The notes below the pieces were generated by a model. It was not told where the DNA came from. It made no database searches and saw only the letters and a list, made by a program, of their open reading frames with translations. Shown in pieces: positions 48,034 to 55,827 of a DNA stretch of 64,000 bases. A program made the translations under genes and the position numbers. Source of the stretch: Candidatus Onthoplasma sp. (GTDB taxonomy: Bacteria; Bacillota; Clostridia; Christensenellales; UBA1242); the NCBI GenBank assembly GCA_045578345.1, contig JAZNKB010000003.1, forward strand, positions 82,604 through 146,603, in the 5' to 3' direction. Every line of letters begins with the position of its first letter. The first letter of the stretch is position 1.

Positions 48034-48162
48034 ATTATACTTTTTATACATTTTATACGTTTGTCAACACCGGCTGGACAAGCCCCAGCCGATGTGTTAT
48101 TTTTAACTATATTTAAGTTAAAGACAAACATAATGAATTTTATTGTTTTATACGTTTTATAC
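48034..48162 (-). promoter_or_regulatory. origin-like region: two pairs of TTTTATAC iterons flanking a GC-rich hairpin
   Basis: Iterons at 48042, 48051, 48146 and 48155 (period 9). Hairpin CGGCTGG-acaagcc-CCAGCCG at 48071-48091. Lies immediately upstream of rep. Confidence 0.5.
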
Positions 48163-48177
48163 AATTTATCAAAATTT

Positions 48178-48357
48178 TTAATTCTTAGAGAAAAATGCTA
48201 AACGTCCAGATATGCTATCTAAACTTTCATGTGTAAGATAATCACAACCATTGATATCGACAACTATTGTGTACTTTTTATCTTCAGTAACATAAAGAAT
48301 ATGATTTACATTCAATAAAACTCTTTCATTTCTAGTTGTTTTTATTTCGAAAAACAT
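48178..48357 (-). CDS. hypothetical 59-aa protein (LytTR-like pattern, weak)
   Basis: SD AAGGTGG. MFFEIKTTRNERVLLNVNHILYVTEDKKYTIVVDINGCDYL... Below the ORF-track cutoff. Confidence 0.45.
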   Translation of the reverse strand: MFFEIKTTRNERVLLNVNHILYVTEDKKYTIVVDINGCDYLTHESLDSISGRLAFFSKN

Positions 48358-48368
48358 ACGACACCACC

Positions 48369-48692
48369 TTATTGATACAAAGTATCTGCATTAAAAACGT
48401 TAGTGTCTTTTACGATGTCGAGATTAGCAACAAATGTTTTGTTGTTAAAATCGTTGATTCCGAAAGTGACATCAATCAAAGTTCCAGGTAAAATTTGTGA
48501 AAACTTCACGTAATCTTCTGGTTTCTTTGTTTTGTTGATACAAGCATTAACAACAGCTTCATTTGCTTTTGGGTGCCAAAGACCGCCATTGCTCATCTTG
48601 TTTGGTAAACGATATAATGTTAAAAACATCAATTCCTCTCCTGTTTGTTGATCCTTATTTGTTCTTGAACCTACTAAAATACATCTTTTCAT
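48369..48692 (-). CDS. 107-aa protein, first gene of the block (candidate ssDNA-binding protein by size and position only)
   Basis: SD AAAGGAGG; no recognisable motif. Confidence 0.6.
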   Translation of the reverse strand: MKRCILVGSRTNKDQQTGEELMFLTLYRLPNKMSNGGLWHPKANEAVVNACINKTKKPEDYVKFSQILPGTLIDVTFGINDFNNKTFVANLDIVKDTNVFNADTLYQ

Positions 48693-48743
48693 TTTTAAAA
48701 ATCCTCCTTTTGCGGATGAACAACCGCAACACTAAATTAAATT

Positions 48744-48844
48744 TGCCGAGGAAGGGATTCGAACCCAGCGTCGTCAACTCATTCATTCTTGAACTCCTAA
48801 ATTTCACGATCATGACGAGTTGACTGTTCCATACTTAACTCGGC
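48744..48844 (-). other. tRNA-like element (degenerate tRNA-Leu(UAG)-like)
   Basis: Read on the minus strand: acceptor GCCGAG../..CTCGGC-A, canonical T loop GGG-TTCGAAT-CCC, anticodon-like arm TGAA-ATTTAGGAG-TTCA. However, it is 101 nt long, has mismatches in the T and acceptor stems, and an 8-bp extra helix GTCAACTC/GAGTTGAC replaces a normal D/anticodon junction. Confidence 0.4.
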
Positions 48845-48957
48845 AGGTGGTGTTAGGTATTATGTCAGCGCCCAACAACCGCCCAGAAGAAGAAAAAAAC
48901 TGCGAATTCAAGAAAATGGAAGTTATTTTCCTATTCGCAATTAATTATAAAATAAAC

Positions 48958-48974
48958 AATATTTGGAATATCAT
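48958..48974 (+). repeat. right copy of 17-bp direct repeat AATATTTGGAATATCAT
   Basis: Exact match to 37817-37833. Confidence 0.7.
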
Positions 48975-48983
48975 TGATTTATG

Positions 48984-49012
48984 TTGAAAATATTTTCATT
49001 CTATGTTATAAT
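48984..49012 (+). promoter_or_regulatory. consensus-like promoter of the priming sugar transferase
   Basis: TTGAAA, 17 nt, TATAAT, then a leader with SD GAGGT. Confidence 0.65.
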
Positions 49013-49034
49013 GACTTCGCGAGGTATATAAAAC

Positions 49035-49808
49035 ATGAAAGAAAACTCAACAGAAACAAAACGTGGCCCTTATGCAAAATTTTTTAAAAGATTTATTGAC
49101 TTCTTGGTTTCTCTAATTGTACTAATAATTTTATCACCAATAATGCTTATAATTACAATCATTTCTCTTATTTCAATTGGTCGCCCATTAATTTTTGCTC
49201 AATATCGTCCTGGAAAAGATGGTAAAGTTTTCAAACTTTATAAATTTAGAAGCATGTCAAATAAAAAAGATAAAAATGGTAATCTTCTTCCAGATTCAGA
49301 CCGAATCACAAAGTTCGGCAAATTCTTGAGAAAAACTGGTCTTGATGAACTTCCTCAACTTTTTAACATTTTAAAAGGTGACATGAGTTTAATCGGTCCA
49401 AGACCAAGACTTGTAAAAGATATGGTTTTCTATGAAGAATCTGTGTTTCCAGCATACACCGTTCGTCCAGGAATAACTTGCTTGTCTCAAATCAGCGGTG
49501 GAAGAAGTGAATCTTCATGGGAAGACATTTTTGAAAAAGATTTGGAATATTCGAAAAAAATAACTTTCATTGGTGATGTCAAAATATTATTTAAAACTGT
49601 TTTTGCAATTTTCAAAAAGGAAGGAAAAGGCGCAAGTGCTGGAGAAAGCAAACGTGAATATTACTATCCTGACTATTTATTAAAAAGTGGAAAAATTACA
49701 AAAGATCAATATAACAAAGGAATTGAATCGGCAAATAAAATTATTGACAGCAAAGGACAAGTTGTCTATTCTGAAAAATTACATAAAAAACCTAAACAAG
49801 ATAAATAA
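49035..49808 (+). CDS. undecaprenyl-phosphate sugar phosphotransferase (bacterial sugar transferase family)
   Basis: TM near the N-terminus, motif LDELPQLFNILKGDMSLIGPRP. Confidence 0.88.
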   Translation: MKENSTETKRGPYAKFFKRFIDFLVSLIVLIILSPIMLIITIISLISIGRPLIFAQYRPGKDGKVFKLYKFRSMSNKKDKNGNLLPDSDRITKFGKFLRKTGLDELPQLFNILKGDMSLIGPRPRLVKDMVFYEESVFPAYTVRPGITCLSQISGGRSESSWEDIFEKDLEYSKKITFIGDVKILFKTVFAIFKKEGKGASAGESKREYYYPDYLLKSGKITKDQYNKGIESANKIIDSKGQVVYSEKLHKKPKQDK

Positions 49809-49849
49809 AACAATTTTCTAGCGAAAATGTGTTTTGTTGTTAACACAAT

Positions 49850-49878
49850 AAAAAAGCACCGATTGGTGCTTTTTTTTA
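49850..49878. terminator. bidirectional terminator
   Basis: A-run, AGCACC-gatt-GGTGCT, T-run. Confidence 0.7.
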
Positions 49879-49887
49879 CAAATCAAT

Positions 49888-50688
49888 TTATTCTTCATCA
49901 ATTTCAATCTTGTCGTTTTCTTTTATGTTTGGCTTTGTTATCTCACGATACAATTCACTAACATTAACGGTATCTAAATATTTTGTTTTCATTTTCTTAA
50001 TTAAATCATGTTTTCCAAATGAATAATGTTCACTTTCATTTAAAATGATGTGGTCTTCAAAATCAATTCCATGAGATAATACCATATTAATGATTTTTTG
50101 AGTTGTTTGCACATCCGCAAAACTTGGTTCAACGTCTCCACATGGATGAGTGTGAAATAAAACAATGCTGTGAACTCCTTGATTGTTGATATCATTCATG
50201 ATTTGTCTTAAATCAAAACTAATTTCTGTGTCATCTCTTCCTTTATATCTATAAGTCTTTAAAACTTTTTTGTTCTTTGTTAGACATGCCATAATCATAA
50301 ATTCAGTATCTTTAATACTATAAAAATTTCTAAAAAATTCAATACATTTGGTTGTGTTGTTTAAAATGTATGTTTTCTTTTCGAGCTTGCTTTTATTATA
50401 GATTTCAATGAGTTCAGAAAGCGAACGAATAAAAAGTGCACTTTCAGGTCCAATTCCTTCAACTTTTAATAAATCATGATAATCAGCATCAAAAACATTC
50501 GAAAAACCGCCAAAATATTCAATTAAATTATGCCCGATTGGATTTGTGTCCTTCCTTGGAATTGAATAAGTTAACAGCAATTCTAAAATTTCATGATATT
50601 CAAGACAATCTAAACCATTCTTTCTAACTTTTGTCTTTAGTCTTTTTCTATGATCCTTATGCGTGTTTACGCTTTCTTTCTTGTTCAT
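49888..50688 (-). CDS. radC: RadC-family JAB-domain protein
   Basis: SD GAGGAA precedes ATG 50688. HhH GIGPESA, JAMM-like HTHPCGDVEPSFAD. Confidence 0.85.
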   Translation of the reverse strand: MNKKESVNTHKDHRKRLKTKVRKNGLDCLEYHEILELLLTYSIPRKDTNPIGHNLIEYFGGFSNVFDADYHDLLKVEGIGPESALFIRSLSELIEIYNKSKLEKKTYILNNTTKCIEFFRNFYSIKDTEFMIMACLTKNKKVLKTYRYKGRDDTEISFDLRQIMNDINNQGVHSIVLFHTHPCGDVEPSFADVQTTQKIINMVLSHGIDFEDHIILNESEHYSFGKHDLIKKMKTKYLDTVNVSELYREITKPNIKENDKIEIDEE

Positions 50689-50885
50689 AATTTCCTCATT
50701 TGTTTGTTTTAGTTTATCACAATGTTGAAATTTTTTCAATAGTATATCTTAAATTTTTATTTTTACATTAACAAAATATTTTTTCAAAAGAAAAATTTAT
50801 TTTATTTTACTTGTAAATGTTTATGAAAAAATATATAATAATATTTATAAAAGACATAATAAAGAATAAAAAAACAAGGAGATAT

Positions 50886-52469
50886 ATGAAAAAATTTAAG
50901 ACTTTAATTTTGTTTTTATGGATTATTCCATGCATGTTTCTTCTTAATGGTTGTTCAATTATAAAAAGTGAAGAAGCACACATAACAAACATTTCAATCT
51001 TAACCGTGGAAGAAGACACAACAACTTATGTCATTCATTATTCAGATGGTTCAAAGGAAACAATCCCTGTTGAAACAACAAGTGAAAAATATGTTGTGAA
51101 CATTAAAAAGACTTCAAAAATCGATAAAACCACAACTTACACTATATATTTTTCCGACAATTCAACATCAATACTCACCATCGAAGATGGAAAAGATGGG
51201 AAATCTCAAGATGTTACAATTGATGAGATCTATGAAAGATATTTAGTTGATCACCCTAACGCAACCTATGATGATTTTTTGAAAGAATATTTAACACTTG
51301 TTCAACCAGAAGCATATCCAACTGTTCAAGATGCAACAAATTTAGCATTGCAATCTGCCGTAACAATTTGGTGCGAATTTCCAACAAGCACTTACTTAGG
51401 CACAAACAAAGACACTTCTGTTGCTTGTGGTTCTGGTGTGATTTATAAAATGGAAAGCGTATATAGTTACATCATAACAAACTATCACGTGGTATATATG
51501 GCAGATTGCGACACTGAAACTGGAATTGCAAAACACATTAATATCTTCCAATATGGAACAAGTGAACTCGCATATCAAGCAACAGATGATAACGGATACA
51601 AAGTTCTTGATGATAATGGTTATCCTGAAATTGCTTATGGTGACGGTGCAATTGAAGCAATATATGTTGGTGGCGAATTGACTTATGACCTCGCTGTAAT
51701 CAAAGTTCCAACTGAAAAATTGCTTGAATATAATCCACATGCTGTTGCGGTAACAGTAGCAAAAGATTATAGCATTGGCGAAACAGCAATTGCAATTGGA
51801 AATCCTGAATGTGAAGGATTCTCTGTTACAAGCGGAATAATTTCAGTTGAAAGTGAAGATATTGAAATGACTGGTGCTGATGATATTACAGAATGCAAGT
51901 TTAGAGTTATGCGAATTGATACTGCTGTTAACGGAGGAAACTCTGGTGGTGGTTTGTTCAACATTAATGGAGAATTAATCGGAATTGTTAACGCAAAAGC
52001 AGTTGCAAGCGAAATTGACAACATTGCTTATGCAATCCCTTATGATAACGTAACTGCAATTGTTGACAATCTCTTAAATTACTATGACGGAACAAACCCT
52101 GCAAAAATCAAAAAATTATATTTAGGAATTTCATACACAACCGAAAATAGTCACGCAGTGTATAACCCAGAAACAAATCGCACACAACTTAAAGACGATT
52201 TAGTTGTTGCTGAAGTTACAAACAATAGTGTTGCACACTTAATGGGCTTTGAAGTTGGTGACATTGTTAAAACAATTTCAATCAACGGAACAGTCCACAC
52301 CATCACTTGCGCACATCAACTTCCAGATTTACTACTCACAATTCGAGCTGGAGACAAAATTATCATTGAAGTTGAAAGAGAAGGTAAAGCCGAACTTCAA
52401 AAATGTGGAATCACTGACGAAAATGGAATTTTGGATAGTTACTTAAAAACCGTTGCTGAACTTTCTTAA
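50886..52469 (+). CDS. trypsin-like (HtrA/S1C-like) serine protease lipoprotein with C-terminal PDZ-like region
   Basis: SD AAGGAG precedes ATG 50886. Lipobox LLNGC. Catalytic triad contexts NYHVV, DLAVIKV, GNSGGGLF. Confidence 0.8.
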   Translation: MKKFKTLILFLWIIPCMFLLNGCSIIKSEEAHITNISILTVEEDTTTYVIHYSDGSKETIPVETTSEKYVVNIKKTSKIDKTTTYTIYFSDNSTSILTIEDGKDGKSQDVTIDEIYERYLVDHPNATYDDFLKEYLTLVQPEAYPTVQDATNLALQSAVTIWCEFPTSTYLGTNKDTSVACGSGVIYKMESVYSYIITNYHVVYMADCDTETGIAKHINIFQYGTSELAYQATDDNGYKVLDDNGYPEIAYGDGAIEAIYVGGELTYDLAVIKVPTEKLLEYNPHAVAVTVAKDYSIGETAIAIGNPECEGFSVTSGIISVESEDIEMTGADDITECKFRVMRIDTAVNGGNSGGGLFNINGELIGIVNAKAVASEIDNIAYAIPYDNVTAIVDNLLNYYDGTNPAKIKKLYLGISYTTENSHAVYNPETNRTQLKDDLVVAEVTNNSVAHLMGFEVGDIVKTISINGTVHTITCAHQLPDLLLTIRAGDKIIIEVEREGKAELQKCGITDENGILDSYLKTVAELS

Positions 52470-52474
52470 TAAGT

Positions 52475-52506
52475 AAAAAACACCAGTTGCGCTGGTGTTT
52501 TTTTTC
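52475..52506. terminator. bidirectional terminator
   Basis: A-run, ACACCAG-ttgcg-CTGGTGT, T-run. Confidence 0.7.
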
Positions 52507-52518
52507 TTCACAAATTAA

Positions 52519-52838
52519 GGCAAACTCAACGATTTGAGTAATATTATCTACCTCTTCATACTAAAGCGAGAAATGATTGCTTTTTGCGACTTAGGCTTTC
52601 GCTTGCGAAATCGCCGTTAAGCAAAAGCAACATTTCGAGCCTCCTTAATACAAATATCCGCTTTCCCTTTAGGCGAGAATTGATTGGGTTTTGCGACTTT
52701 GCGTAAGCACCTAAGCAAAACACAACGATTTGAGCCTCCTTAATATAACAATTCCTCTTCATCTTAAGGCGAGAATTGATTGGGTTTTGCGACTTTGCGT
52801 AAGCACCTAAGCAAAACTCAACGATTTGAGCCTCCTTA
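52519..52838 (-). repeat. tandem ~96-bp repeats in the argS 3' region
   Basis: Units 52767-52840 and 52671-52744 differ at one internal position and in the last 2-3 bases. A diverged unit lies at 52562-52648 and a partial one at 52519-52548. Each unit on the minus strand starts TAAGGAGGCTCAAATCGTTG; the first overlaps the argS stop codon. Confidence 0.8.
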
Positions 52839-54515
52839 CATTTCTCGTAACGTATCAATACAAAGCAAATTAAAACCAACCGCCAAAGTATCTTTCAAAA
52901 CTTTAACAAGGTTAATTTTTGCTTTAGTTGTGGTTTCAACCCCGTCTAGCACTTTTGAGGTTGTGTAGAACTTATTAAACATCTTACACAATTCCATAAC
53001 CCTTTTCAAAATCAAACTTGGATCTCTTTTATCCAACCCATTTTTTATAACATTTTTAAAATCATTAACTGACTTTAAAATATCAAAAGCTTCTTGATTA
53101 AAACAAGAATAATCCGCCACCACGTCAGTTTCATTATATTTCCTTAAAATACTTTCCAAACGCGTGTACGTATATTGCATATATGGTGCAGTTTCACCTT
53201 CAAAACTAAATGCTCTTTCAATGTCGAAAATTGCATCCTTGTGTCTTTCAATATTAAGAGCGTTAAAAGCCAAAACAGCTTTGGCAACTTTTTTTGCAAC
53301 ATTTTCTGGCTTTTCAATGCTAAAAGTTCTATCTTTAATAACTTCATTTGCATTATTCATAACATAGTCTAACAAGTCAACAAGAATTGCTTGTTTTCCA
53401 CGTCTAGAACTAATTTTCCCGTCAGGCAGACTGAATCTTCCATAAGCAATATGTTCTAATCCAGAAGCATAATCAAATCCTGCAAGTTCTAAAACTTTAA
53501 AGAATTGAGCAAAATGAAGTTTTTGTTCAACCGCAGTTAAGTATAAGCATTTATCAAAATTATAAGTTTCATGTCTATCAATAGCAGCAGCAATGTCACG
53601 AGAAGCATAGATGCTCGCACCATCACTTCTTTTAACAATGCATGGCGGCATATCAAATTGTGATAAATCAACAACTGTTGCTCCTTGACTAATCGTTATT
53701 AAGCCTTTTTCTTTTAACATATCCACAGTTTTGTCTAAATCGTCTGCATAACTTGCTTCACCTTTCCATGAATCAAAATGAATGTCCAAAATATCCAACA
53801 AACGTTCCGCTTCTTTTTTTGCAATTTCAATAACCTTTTGATAAATAGGATAAACTTCGGCATCTTTATCTTCAATCTTTTTAGAGATATCACGAGCCAA
53901 TTGTTGTAAATTTTCATCTTCTGCTTCTGCAGCATTAAATTTAACATAATATTCTTGCAAAGCATCAATGCCACGAGCTTCAATATCTTGCTCATTGCCA
54001 AACATGTTTATGCCGGCAATAATTTTACCATAAGTTGTGCCATAATCACCGATATAGTTAATTCTAACAACTTTATAACCAGCATTTTCAAACAATCGCG
54101 CTAAGCTTTCACCTAAGAAAGAATTCTTGATGTGTCCAATATGCATGTATTTTGCAAGATTAACTGAGCAATAGTCAATACAAACAACTTTTTGTTCACC
54201 TTCATTATATTTAAAGTTTTCAGTTGAGAAATTTTCAATTATTTCCTTTGAAACAATCTCTTTGTTTAAAAAGAAATTTACATAACCCGCAACAACTTCA
54301 CACTTTTCAATAATTCCGCCTATCATGACAGTTTCCGCAATTTTGTTTGCAATATTCATTGGATTATCTTTTAAAACTTTTGCAAACGAAAAACAAGGAA
54401 GAGAATAATCTCCTTTGTCTGCACTGATGCTTTCAATAATCAAGTTTTCAACATTTGCATTTAGTTCAGAAAAGTCAAAACCAATGCTTTTTACAATTTC
54501 ACTTTTAATATTCAT
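52836..54515 (-). CDS. argS: arginyl-tRNA synthetase
   Basis: Class I HIGH motif (YMHIGHIKN), ArgRS-type layout, C-terminal ..DTLREM. ATG 54515 is preferred over TTG 54533. Confidence 0.9.
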   Translation of the reverse strand: MNIKSEIVKSIGFDFSELNANVENLIIESISADKGDYSLPCFSFAKVLKDNPMNIANKIAETVMIGGIIEKCEVVAGYVNFFLNKEIVSKEIIENFSTENFKYNEGEQKVVCIDYCSVNLAKYMHIGHIKNSFLGESLARLFENAGYKVVRINYIGDYGTTYGKIIAGINMFGNEQDIEARGIDALQEYYVKFNAAEAEDENLQQLARDISKKIEDKDAEVYPIYQKVIEIAKKEAERLLDILDIHFDSWKGEASYADDLDKTVDMLKEKGLITISQGATVVDLSQFDMPPCIVKRSDGASIYASRDIAAAIDRHETYNFDKCLYLTAVEQKLHFAQFFKVLELAGFDYASGLEHIAYGRFSLPDGKISSRRGKQAILVDLLDYVMNNANEVIKDRTFSIEKPENVAKKVAKAVLAFNALNIERHKDAIFDIERAFSFEGETAPYMQYTYTRLESILRKYNETDVVADYSCFNQEAFDILKSVNDFKNVIKNGLDKRDPSLILKRVMELCKMFNKFYTTSKVLDGVETTTKAKINLVKVLKDTLAVGFNLLCIDTLREM

Positions 54516-54521
54516 AGTTAT

Positions 54522-54550
54522 ATAATAACACAATAATTTTATTTTCGCAA
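54522..54550 (-). promoter_or_regulatory. promoter placed for a leaderless argS transcript
   Basis: On the minus strand: TTGCGA, 17 nt, TATTAT, then 6 nt to ATG 54515; no SD. Confidence 0.5.
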
Positions 54551-54570
54551 GACTATTTTGAAAATCCCCC

Positions 54571-54598
54571 TTGACTATTTTAAAATTTGTGATATTCT
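54571..54598 (+). promoter_or_regulatory. promoter placed for a leaderless transcript of 54605-55477
   Basis: TTGACT, 16 nt, TATTCT, then 6 nt to ATG 54605; no SD. Confidence 0.45.
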
Positions 54599-54604
54599 TT
54601 CATT

Positions 54605-55477
54605 ATGAAAAAGACAACATCATGTTTTGAGAATTTGAAAAGATTTTTTATTAACGCATTTGTTAATGCTGAAATTTCAAGAAGTGAAATTGACAATTTT
54701 TTCCAGGATTATTTAAAATATATTTTTGAACTTAATAAATTAGATATAAGTAAATATGACATTTTAATTTCAAAGGTTGAAATTAATGAGTATCATTCTA
54801 AACGTGAAAAAACATATAAGCATACTGCAAACAAAGAATGTAGGAATTTAATTAAGCGCAGAGTTTTAACAAAATCTTCTTTTAAAGCAAATAGCGGAAA
54901 TCATTACTTTGATGCAATGATGAGCTGTCACCCAACAATTCCAAACAAATTTGATATTGTGATTAATAAAAACCTATGCCACGCTCATAACGATGAAGAA
55001 ATCATTGAGTTAATAAATTTATTATATGTTTTCGGCCACGAAGTTCATCATATTATCCAATATATAAAAAGACCAAATGAAATGGAAAGATATGACTATT
55101 TGCAAGAATTGCATTACGCATATCTCAGAAATGCCGACCAAGTTGTGAACACTCCAAAAGAAGTTAAAAAGTTAAAACGCGCAATCAATCAACATTTACA
55201 CGTAATGTATTCACATTGTAAACCAGAAAAATTTGCAAACAAAAAAGCATATGACTATCTTGACATATTATTCAATCAAATCATTGCTTCCATTTCACCA
55301 ATAAACTCAATTGAAGAAGATATGTTTTACACCTTCATTCAAACATTAAAAGAAAAAAATGATCAAATGTATTTATTTTCAGATTATGACGACTTATTAA
55401 CAGATTTAAAATATGGCGACTCACTTGAACGCTTAATTAATTTCCCCGTTGAAAAAGACTTATTAAATATTAATTAA
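54605..55477 (+). CDS. hypothetical protein with HExxH metallopeptidase-like motif
   Basis: 290 aa, FGHEVHHIIQY. Confidence 0.6.
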   Translation: MKKTTSCFENLKRFFINAFVNAEISRSEIDNFFQDYLKYIFELNKLDISKYDILISKVEINEYHSKREKTYKHTANKECRNLIKRRVLTKSSFKANSGNHYFDAMMSCHPTIPNKFDIVINKNLCHAHNDEEIIELINLLYVFGHEVHHIIQYIKRPNEMERYDYLQELHYAYLRNADQVVNTPKEVKKLKRAINQHLHVMYSHCKPEKFANKKAYDYLDILFNQIIASISPINSIEEDMFYTFIQTLKEKNDQMYLFSDYDDLLTDLKYGDSLERLINFPVEKDLLNIN

Positions 55478-55827
55478 CTTAAAACACCAGCACTAGCCTT
55501 TGTGTATGCTCTTGTTAATCCACCAGCACCAAGTTTGATTCCGCCAAAATATCTAACCACAGCAACAAGCACGTTGGTTAGATTTTTTTTCTTAATAACA
55601 TTCAAAATTGGATAACCAGCAGTTCCATTTGGCTCTCCATCATCACTACATTTTTCGTTCACTGTTTCCTTATTATACACGTATGCGTAACAAACGTGCC
55701 TTGCCTTTTTGTGTTCTTTTTTAAGTTTTTCCAAAAATGGCTTCACCATTTCCAGTGAAGTTAGTTCCAATTTGTATGCAATAAATCTCGATTTATTGAT
55801 TTCCAATTCAAAAGTTTTAGTTTCCAT
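55474..55827 (-). CDS. IMPACT/YigZ-family N-terminal domain protein (short form)
   Basis: RHVCYAYV, DDGEPNGTAGYPIL, VVRYFGGIKLGAGGLTRAY. Only 117 aa. Confidence 0.75.
   Translation of the reverse strand: METKTFELEINKSRFIAYKLELTSLEMVKPFLEKLKKEHKKARHVCYAYVYNKETVNEKCSDDGEPNGTAGYPILNVIKKKNLTNVLVAVVRYFGGIKLGAGGLTRAYTKASAGVLS

Larger units (their letters stand above)
37834..48957. mobile_element. ~11.1 kb inserted element: IS30-family transposase plus a rolling-circle, filamentous-phage-like gene block
   Basis: Bounded by the 17-bp direct repeat. It interrupts the glycan locus just upstream of the promoter of the priming sugar transferase. It contains a transposase, an HUH Rep, a membrane ATPase and structured non-coding ends. 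Confidence 0.6.

Noticed and set aside
47894-48164. ORFs 47894-48106 (plus strand) and 47970-48164 (minus strand) in the gap upstream of rep.
   Set aside because: They run across the iteron/hairpin region, lack SDs, overlap each other and the rep start, and have low-complexity composition. The region is better explained as an origin or operator.
48563-48823. 86-aa plus-strand ORF spanning the start of 48369-48692 and the tRNA-like element.
   Set aside because: It is antisense to a well-supported gene with a strong SD, and it reads through a structured non-coding segment. No SD.
48962-48989. Possible dif/XerCD-like site, because TTATGTTGAAA next to the right direct repeat resembles a XerD-arm (TTATGTTAAAT).
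   Set aside because: The left arm shows no dif-like CATAA palindromy, and the left repeat copy does not keep the same register. The TTGAAA is fully explained as the -35 of the consensus promoter of the sugar transferase gene.
52519-52840. Whether the tandem repeats could be a CRISPR array.
   Set aside because: The units are ~74 bp with ~22-bp linkers, whereas CRISPR repeats are shorter and spacers longer and unique. The units diverge progressively and no cas genes are present. No CRISPR array is seen anywhere in the window.
52556-52879. 107-aa minus-strand ORF with an internally repeated peptide (KEAQIV.FCLGAYAKSQNPINSRLK).
   Set aside because: Its periodicity simply reflects the tandem DNA repeats. 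It starts inside argS in another frame, has no SD, and decays with the diverged repeat unit. I treat it as non-coding repeat DNA.
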